Shown here piece after piece: positions 58,901-64,000 of a stretch of 64,000 nucleotides of DNA. The position numbers and the translations under genes were made by a program. The DNA lies in IMG/VR virus record IMGVR_UViG_3300028920_000001, positions 362,961-426,960 of that record; one strand, 5' to 3'. Numbering within the stretch: position 1 is the stretch's first letter; every line of letters begins with the position of its first letter. The notes beneath the pieces were generated by a model, which saw only the letters and a program-made list of their open reading frames with translations, was not told where the DNA came from and ran no database searches.

Positions 58901-58927
58901 AGTTTGGAACTGATTATTTTAAATTAA
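52934..58927 (+). CDS. Very large virion protein with four related beta-sandwich (ConA/LamG-like) domains and 15 His-repeat units
   Basis: 1997 aa; recurrent Y(D/x)xxxLP…W starts and DW/WxDG…[HS]xYxxx ends; His repeats in four clusters. Confidence 0.65.
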   Translation: MVTFMGLNSVIDRTLFTKHGPIVKKPLSLLMGTDLQILSRNEVRIPTGNFNSSAVNKLIEITGSAGLRNDGAFYIAEVISSTRLRLRDTDFDTVDTIATEADIVALVNDIRINYENHRTQVTVVNSVIEGIHGTNDTTNIITAPVATDLTSAITLINDIKVQFSAHIIMISGTPPVHNDVDTENEIFSTDAVDLGSAIRLANEIRRKYEDHRQNKFIHQNSDLINTISQSNIIPTIGTYPSPLTGPFTWLYKDPLLGKVANTPYDVDVLVNGSPAIVDAVFGSLGAIVLQNKPAGSDTVNVDYNYLCNPPSRYLRTNYPGYVTNQAQNRGFSGLPEHRYRARSHLIDPRIVDLDRDPEFIADIQPFRIGWKYKGYERRYSAVTNDPTTLLTNVPTNRTAFPVLFKQVSEVTISYDPVTLPQNAVDPWTLHGEGVFSLAPGGNILTIADENEQAGTDSKPPFFSHEVDIKSDSIINAAFRARVIDDDSLVLDRVFSGVAFGVSDGLKTILVGFLITDASNLSSSIALANDIKAKYENHRIDARAHNPIDEINAIGVVDATDLTSLIILINEIKSEFNSHIALGSGVGSVHQLLDSVNVVTSSNAVDLNTAITLVNELRDKFNSHREEINVHFENDILNEVKQVKQVGILTNDGFPENINSWVSYAVDWTEFVSYRIFRDVDGNVELYLSGSIDPIISVDAVDLQSLSNIDASFAKIQQTFFGSIGRESTSVSQWQFIRVNIVPTLAVLSEDNKSVNYDATVLPELDTTAPWITVGQGGSDRIISGPQLNVDSVASASDGDVQELGQASGAYIGYIRLEPILSRDTTVSIEFQTEIDYYTFGINNKACGVYLEDGNLSVQLAFLQFDPIPATITGVISEPFSIIAGDNIVLQLGDTARQEIIFTSFLNTAAGIASFINTVLGFTFASVVGGKIQFTSAEVGSDSSINLISGNALLKLGFSAGLYSGADSNPEPRVSWFGADFPNQDNPVWQASGYQSASMFGRTMRITDTSITDYLAYIQSNDLITGDVLDPNSDWKLDFRLNVLSFSAGNVVPASGPYLNLYPAGALVSIDEGLSGKNIEIHLAVDVSGNSFLNLLSYDISTTSLDVISQYAFNWNDGNPHSFNVYTSKNADQILVYADSVALSPYVGPSPTYSSLNPGFAGPSISFGSGSEPVTGVDLKTSRSVVDWESVAIFRDSKINNPDAPNNRYVGIYRGGDASLLSSYYLYQIDWSVPHIYRLVRDPITSVDLFIDGSSIPSISTPYDILSLPPFDSTFFRQISSNNSIVGFGAFNPQEISRSRWSFVRYSIGKLTLTDRLIPPHHLTNQANVIASPDHVYTQKYHSHYGFKVYSGGTPLDDFMADEEVASFTELGENTPPVPMTQDLESRGGLVKTATSVGSIPSVDFVNTDGFISHLENDTYNTVTSLSSLEILVNLVNDIKIQYEAHRATESPFHFVADAVNIVTAADATDLATAITLLVDLRAVVNAHRIEGGVHIANDLVNVITASTPIDLESAVILANDIKTQYEAHRDLATSHYPSVDEINIVTAPSCDALTDALTLANELREKYLLHVVHRSVHLANDTVNVVLPAAATDQITAEELANAFKGEFNDHRIEVIDTQKVHTMDDTVNIITATDAGDCSTLALLLHDAKLNYNAHLIEPGVHGATVFIRIDPPSRVLYEGMKFWEFSNEGEEAIVSSFTDDSCLLPEGIEQFYTEYHSLFYDGEVLPEDADEQAVWLLANDLKAQINAHYSQIGVHPIDDIWNPITSPDATDLASAIILLNEMQGDYNAHLIQIGVHVVNDTENTSISPPAADIGTALALVNELKYRYELHRISTVYHLISDIINIVTVENAPPVADLGWQLLADNPSFVSTNIASGALRYGTTGLTKTAYIKETGLPSHPSLDFEITVRMRLNLFACGSNIDTGIYFGFVSPIGPGIAAGLGFDSVSSIPYVKIQDVNSNTPLYRVPFEWHDGQFHTYKLIKNTLTDSLELIILN

Positions 58928-58964
58928 TATCTTTGTGGCCTCCTTATTGCTAATTTGATTTAGC

Positions 58965-61900
58965 ATGGCTGCCACAGCTCTAATTAGATTTGTTCAAGGT
59001 GCTCCGGGTCCGAACGGTGAAGCTCTCATCGGTTCAACAGGCACTACGGTCACCGTAGAAAATTCGGATAACACCGACGTTGCTGAATGGCTGATCGAAC
59101 TTCTTTATGTTGAGCCTAATAGTACTCTAGGTCCTATTGTTCCTGGTACTCCTGTTATTTTAGGACAGGCAATTAATGATACTCCATCTGCGAATTTCGA
59201 TCCGGATGTTTCTGGATCTTATCGAGTCCGATTAACAGTATGGGATTCTGTAGGCACACCTGACGTAGATATTAGAGTATTTGCAGTTCCCCTTCCAAAT
59301 AGGGGAATTATACTTCCTCCATACCAGAAACTTCCTGATCCATTACCACTCCCGGGAAGTGGGGGATCGGGAGAGAAACCGGAGGAAATGAATTTTGATG
59401 GCCAGCCATATGGTTGGTGCGGCGATAATCTTCATCAATTGATGAATCAGACACTCATCAGTGTTGATGGGTTAGTAACATTCACTGCTCCTACTAGTGG
59501 AGCCCCACCAGGTGGGGATGATAATAAAATTGCCTATGCTTCCAGCGGTGATCTTGCTTACAGCAGTTTTTCCACCAATGGATCTAATGAAGCATACTGG
59601 CTAAATAGTGTTTCTGCACCTACGTTATATCAAAAAGATGACACTACTACAACTGGAACTCAGGTAGACTCTCTTACCATCCATGCACAAAATGCTACTG
59701 GATCTGGAACCACTGGTGGAGATTTAATACTTCAATCTGGATCTGGCACAACAAATGATGGTGCTGTCATCATTAATGTAGGAGCTACACAAGTATTTAA
59801 AGTTAATAATTCAACAGGATCTCCTTCTGCTGGATATATATTAATTTGGAATGTTGGTGGTTATGTGCAGTGGGTAGCTGCATCCGGCATTTCACTTACT
59901 CCACCTACTAGTGGAGCCCCACCAGGTGGGGATGACAATAAAATTGCCTATGCTTCCAGTGGTGATCTTGCTTACAGTGAATTTTCAACGAATGGAACGA
60001 ATGAAGCGTACTGGTTAAGTACTACTACTTCACCTACCATTTATCAAAAAGATGATGTTACCGCTAGTATTACCGGTGATTCTCTTACCATCCATGCACA
60101 GAATGCTACCGGTTCTACTACAATTGGTGGTGACTTAATTCTTCGATCCGGATCTGGTACTAGCGATGATGGTGCTGTCATTTTTCAAAGCGGAACTGGT
60201 CCGCAGGAAATAGCACGATTTGATGATAATGGGAGTCAGCGTTTATATTTCCCATGGACATATGGGGAAAGTCCTAAAATCGTAGCTGGGGATGCTGGTT
60301 CTGGTAATGCTGCGGCTCAATTCTATATTCAGTCCGGTGATGGTAGTAGTGGTACTATAGGGTATAGTGGTGGACAATTAAATATTTGGTCCGGCGCTGG
60401 TGGTGATGGTAGCTCAGGATCTGGTGGTTCTGGTGGAAATATTATCTTACGTGGTGGATCAGCTGGAACGGGTACACCTGCAGGAATTGATGGTACTGTT
60501 CAATTCAGAAGTGCTTCTATTAAGATTGCTGAATTTGATGCTCTTAATACTAAGGTTAGATTAGTATTTGACTCAGCTACTAATCGTCCAGCTGTTATTA
60601 CTGTTGAAGATAGAACTACAGCTCCTTCATTAACTCTTCAGGGAGGGACTTCAACTACTTCTGCTGCCATAGGTGGCGATGTATATGTTATCGGGGGACA
60701 AGGCGGAGCTACCGCTGCATCTGGTGGTGATGTTTATCTTAAAGGTGGTTCAGCTGGATCTAGTCCGCCTAGATATGGTGATGTTGTTGTTCAATTTGAC
60801 TATAATGCTATAACTTTTACTAGAGTATCTAATAGTGAAACGGGCGTTGAGTTTAATGCTCTTAAAGATGCAACTATAAAGATTATTGATGGTGCTTCTC
60901 CTCATGATTTAGTCATTCAAGGCCAGGACACTATTGCTACTGGTGGTGACTTAATACTTCGCTCTGGTTCAGGTACGACGGATGACGGTGCTGTCATTAT
61001 TCAAAGTGGAACTGGATCTACTGAGATTGCTCGATTTGATGATAATGGAAGTCACAGATTACTCTTCCCCTGGAAGTACGCTGAGTCGGCTATACTAAAA
61101 ATAGGAGATGCAGATCCTGGTGAGCCCTCCATGGTGTTTGCTATTGAGGGCTCAACACCTGGAACTGTTACATCGACTGGCAGACCTGGTGGTCAAATCA
61201 TCATTAGATCCGGTGATGGCGGTGATAGTAGTGGAGGAAATTCTGGTGGTGCCGGTGGGCTTTTGCGTTTATTGGCAGGCGGTGGTGGGAGTGGTACTCC
61301 AGCTGGTGCTAATGGATCTATAGAATTTGGTGCTGGCGATTCAACATTTGTATATCTGAATGACGTTGGCCCGAATGGCAGCCGTCAGATGCTTTTTAAA
61401 TCAGATGCTCCAGGCGCCATTGTTATGCAACAGGGTACTGGCGCTGTTGATGGCTATCCAATTTATGTTATTGCAGGGTCCGCTGCTGCTGGGACCAGTA
61501 ATGCTGGTGGTGCTTTATACTTACAAAGTGGCAATAGTGGTAGCAGTGGTGGTGCTGGTGGTAATCTTAATTTAATTAGTGGAACTGGTGTAGCTAGCGA
61601 TGGATTTGTTGATATATTTATTGGTGGTACTGCAGCTACTGATAAAGCAGCACGTTTCGGGAGTGCTACTGCATCTACATGGGATGGTGCTTCTGATGGT
61701 TGGTATTTAGCCTACGATTCATCTGAATATGCAGAATGGAGAACACTACCTGCTGGTGCGAGTTTAACTCCACCTACTAGTGGAGCCCCACCAGGTGGGG
61801 ATGACAATAAAATCGTTTATGCCTCGAGTGGCAATTTAGCCTATGGTGAATTTTCAACTAACGGCACGAATGAAGCATACTGGCTAAATACTACTACTTC

Positions 61901-63998
61901 ACCTACGTTATATCAAAAAGATGACACTACTACAACTGGAACTCAGGTAGACTCTCTTACCATCCATGCACAAAATGCCACGGGGTCGACCACAACTGGC
62001 GGTGACTTAATACTTCGCTCTGGCTCTGGCACTAGTGATGATGGTGCTGTCGTTATTCAAACTGGAACGGGCTCAGCTGAGCTCGTTCGATTTGATGATA
62101 ATGGTAGCAAACAAATGATATTCCCCGATGGGGGTGCTGAATCTCGCATCACAGTTGAGAGTGCTGCGGGTGCTTCCATTCCTTTCTATATTTCTGGTCA
62201 ACCCGGTAACACTGTCGGTGGTCTTCTTTCTCTTTATGGTGGTTCAGGTACAACTGGTGGATCGCTATCTTTGTCAGGCGGTTCAGGTACTTCTGGTAGT
62301 GGTGGTTCTGTTCTGCTAGCTGCAGGGACTAGTGCTTCAGGGACCGCTGGTGCTGATGTTACTATTAGATCCGGGAATGGCTCTGTTAGTGATGGTGCTA
62401 TTATTCTTCAAACTGGCACTGGTTCAGCTGAGATTGCGCGATTTGACGACAGTGGAACTAGTCCACGTTTAGTATTCGATAATACTGCTTCTGTTGTTCA
62501 GTTCGGCCCTGATGCAAACGTGGCGACAGAAGGTCATGTGCGTTTTGGATCAGATGGTGCGTTGCTTTCCAGAGACGGCTCTACCGACTACGCAATGTTA
62601 GACGCCAGTGGCGATTTGCTCGTAGTTGGAACAGGCAACAGCTCTGGTGGTAGCACGTTTGCAACTACACAGCTTGCCGCAGACGATGAAATTACGCTTT
62701 ACACAAATAATTCTGAGAGTAGTATCAACTTATACGGTGTGGCTGATGGGCTGATTTACTTGGGCATTCAAAGTGGCTCACTAATGGTGTTTAAGTCCAC
62801 TGGTATCGAGCTTGGAGGCTCAGGCAATGTTACTCCATTACAGTGGGTATATAATCATGGCGATGTTACTATTGAACAATTAACATATGATACCGGATCT
62901 GGTACTCAGAATGCTTATGATTTTTATGTTAAAGCTCAAAATCTTGGTGGCAGTATAAATGGTACAGGTGGCACACTTTTCCTTTATGCTGGTGACTCTA
63001 ATGATAGTGGTGCGGTTGCCAGAAATGGTGGTGATGTTGTCTTACGTGGTGGAGCTAAATCCAATGCCGGTAATGACGGTGCTATCATATTCCAAACTGA
63101 GGGAGTGTCAGCAACTGAATTAGCTCGATTTGATAATTTAGGTAGTCCACGCTTGTTGTGGAATGGTGATGCATGTTATCAAGTTCCAAGTAATGATGCT
63201 CATATTTTTGAAGATGATAGTGAAATTCTTAGAATTGATGCACAGGGTGGTAGTGGATCTGTTTTATATAATCGTATTCTATTTTCTAATGTTACAAATG
63301 AATCATGGATTGAAGTTGCAGCAGCATCGAGTGGAGTTGGAAAAGACTTTCGTATAATTGGTAGTGATGCTGGTGGTACAGGAGCTTATGCTGGTGGTCA
63401 CTTTAGATTTTTAGCGGGTGATGGTGCTGACGGAACTACACAAGGAGGTGATGGAGGTAATATTTATTATTCTACTGGAGCTGGTGGAAGTGGGACTACT
63501 CCTGGCGATTATGGAGAACATATATTTCAAACTAATGGTCAAAGTTTCCTTAAAATTTTATGGGATTCAACATTAAGTTCTTCAGTTATTGAATTTTATA
63601 GCCATGCTGAAAATGCCATTAGAGTTGAAGATACTAGTACTGCTGGTACTGCATATTCTCTTGACATATATGCAGCCAATAATTCAAGTACTGGTACTGG
63701 TGGCACCCTCAAGCTCCATGGCGGCGTCGGTGGTACTCCGGGCACAAATGATGGTGTTGTTGAAATTTATAATGGATCCACCTTAATTACTACATTTGAT
63801 AATGGTGGTAGTCCACGTATGCTTTTCCCATCGGGTCAAGATGGAGAAATTGCATCCAACCAAGACATAATTCTACAAGTTGGTGATGATGAAGCTGTAC
63901 TAATTAAAGATCAGAATGGTACAAATGTATCCATTGATGGGATTGGTGGCACTGGATCATCAGGAAATCCAAGAATCACTATTGGTGATGGGGGTCAA
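58965..63998 (+). CDS. Gly-rich tail fibre / receptor-binding protein, partial (>1678 aa, runs off the window)
   Basis: Not in the supplied track because there is no stop in the window. Hand translation from ATG 58965 gives MAATALIRFVQGAPGPNGEALIG…; the frame was spot-checked at about 60960, 61800, 62520 and 63963; GGxLxLxxGxG fibre repeats throughout. Confidence 0.85.
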   Translation, partial: MAATALIRFVQGAPGPNGEALIGSTGTTVTVENSDNTDVAEWLIELLYVEPNSTLGPIVPGTPVILGQAINDTPSANFDPDVSGSYRVRLTVWDSVGTPDVDIRVFAVPLPNRGIILPPYQKLPDPLPLPGSGGSGEKPEEMNFDGQPYGWCGDNLHQLMNQTLISVDGLVTFTAPTSGAPPGGDDNKIAYASSGDLAYSSFSTNGSNEAYWLNSVSAPTLYQKDDTTTTGTQVDSLTIHAQNATGSGTTGGDLILQSGSGTTNDGAVIINVGATQVFKVNNSTGSPSAGYILIWNVGGYVQWVAASGISLTPPTSGAPPGGDDNKIAYASSGDLAYSEFSTNGTNEAYWLSTTTSPTIYQKDDVTASITGDSLTIHAQNATGSTTIGGDLILRSGSGTSDDGAVIFQSGTGPQEIARFDDNGSQRLYFPWTYGESPKIVAGDAGSGNAAAQFYIQSGDGSSGTIGYSGGQLNIWSGAGGDGSSGSGGSGGNIILRGGSAGTGTPAGIDGTVQFRSASIKIAEFDALNTKVRLVFDSATNRPAVITVEDRTTAPSLTLQGGTSTTSAAIGGDVYVIGGQGGATAASGGDVYLKGGSAGSSPPRYGDVVVQFDYNAITFTRVSNSETGVEFNALKDATIKIIDGASPHDLVIQGQDTIATGGDLILRSGSGTTDDGAVIIQSGTGSTEIARFDDNGSHRLLFPWKYAESAILKIGDADPGEPSMVFAIEGSTPGTVTSTGRPGGQIIIRSGDGGDSSGGNSGGAGGLLRLLAGGGGSGTPAGANGSIEFGAGDSTFVYLNDVGPNGSRQMLFKSDAPGAIVMQQGTGAVDGYPIYVIAGSAAAGTSNAGGALYLQSGNSGSSGGAGGNLNLISGTGVASDGFVDIFIGGTAATDKAARFGSATASTWDGASDGWYLAYDSSEYAEWRTLPAGASLTPPTSGAPPGGDDNKIVYASSGNLAYGEFSTNGTNEAYWLNTTTSPTLYQKDDTTTTGTQVDSLTIHAQNATGSTTTGGDLILRSGSGTSDDGAVVIQTGTGSAELVRFDDNGSKQMIFPDGGAESRITVESAAGASIPFYISGQPGNTVGGLLSLYGGSGTTGGSLSLSGGSGTSGSGGSVLLAAGTSASGTAGADVTIRSGNGSVSDGAIILQTGTGSAEIARFDDSGTSPRLVFDNTASVVQFGPDANVATEGHVRFGSDGALLSRDGSTDYAMLDASGDLLVVGTGNSSGGSTFATTQLAADDEITLYTNNSESSINLYGVADGLIYLGIQSGSLMVFKSTGIELGGSGNVTPLQWVYNHGDVTIEQLTYDTGSGTQNAYDFYVKAQNLGGSINGTGGTLFLYAGDSNDSGAVARNGGDVVLRGGAKSNAGNDGAIIFQTEGVSATELARFDNLGSPRLLWNGDACYQVPSNDAHIFEDDSEILRIDAQGGSGSVLYNRILFSNVTNESWIEVAAASSGVGKDFRIIGSDAGGTGAYAGGHFRFLAGDGADGTTQGGDGGNIYYSTGAGGSGTTPGDYGEHIFQTNGQSFLKILWDSTLSSSVIEFYSHAENAIRVEDTSTAGTAYSLDIYAANNSSTGTGGTLKLHGGVGGTPGTNDGVVEIYNGSTLITTFDNGGSPRMLFPSGQDGEIASNQDIILQVGDDEAVLIKDQNGTNVSIDGIGGTGSSGNPRITIGDGGQ
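59490..62108 (+). repeat. Three dispersed ~280-340-bp direct repeats within the tail fibre gene
   Basis: Copies begin CCTACTAGTGGAGCCCCACCAGGTGGGGATGA at 59490, 59904 and 61773 (PTSGAPPGGDDNKI…TIHAQNATG…DGAV). Confidence 0.9.
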
Positions 63999-64000
63999 AC

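Noticed and set aside
59490-62108. Possible diversity-generating retroelement TR/VR pair in the tail fibre repeats
   Set aside because: Mismatches are mostly synonymous and involve all bases rather than adenines, all copies are in-frame within one ORF, and no reverse transcriptase is in the window.
213-63786. Numerous short track ORFs nested in or antisense to the long genes (e.g. 213-395, 2900-3196, 19285-19611, 49538-49897, 61108-63786 set)
   Set aside because: They are shadows of long structural ORFs, with no RBS or coupling and compositions dictated by the real frame.
1-64000. Interpretation as a bacterial eCIS, tailocin or T6SS locus (sheath, tube, spike, baseplate, AAA ATPase)
   Set aside because: The scale (>60 kb of tail genes), long tape measure, HNH insertions and phage-like accessory genes fit a large phage better. 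It cannot be formally excluded because no head genes are in the window.
1-64000. Stop-codon reassignment, CRISPR array, tRNA or rRNA genes
   Set aside because: TAA, TAG and TGA all terminate long ORFs and coding density is near complete under code 11. No repeat-spacer array or RNA gene signature was seen in the short intergenic gaps.

Overview
This 64-kb window is almost fully coding, with standard genetic code 11, Shine-Dalgarno motifs and frequent ATGA/TAATG gene overlaps. It looks like the tail morphogenesis region of a very large contractile-tailed (myo-type, probably jumbo) bacteriophage. Order: oversized tail sheath (56-4771); an ~11-kb accessory block; tail tube; two putative assembly chaperones; tape measure; two paralogous tube-initiator-like proteins (one with a lytic transglycosylase); hub; spike; free-standing tandem HNH; putative spike tip; wedge and baseplate-J/I-like genes; collagen fibre; two His-repeat structural proteins; and a Gly-rich tail fibre (from 58965) that runs off the window and is missing from the supplied ORF track. 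No capsid, portal or terminase gene is present, so phage identity is inferred from gene content and scale. The strongest candidates for undescribed biology are: (1) a tandemly duplicated three-gene cassette (winged-helix/coiled-coil + HTH-like/J-domain + winged-helix/coiled-coil) at 4835-9660; (2) a tandem-HNH nuclease fused to a Mom-like DNA-modification domain at 14226-15779; (3) a His-His-Asp helical repeat found 24 times, always in groups of three, in three virion proteins; (4) three unrelated small proteins sharing a C-terminal V(D)EVMxx tag, close to a AAA+ ATPase. All product calls come from motif recognition and gene order by eye; no database search or structure prediction was run.
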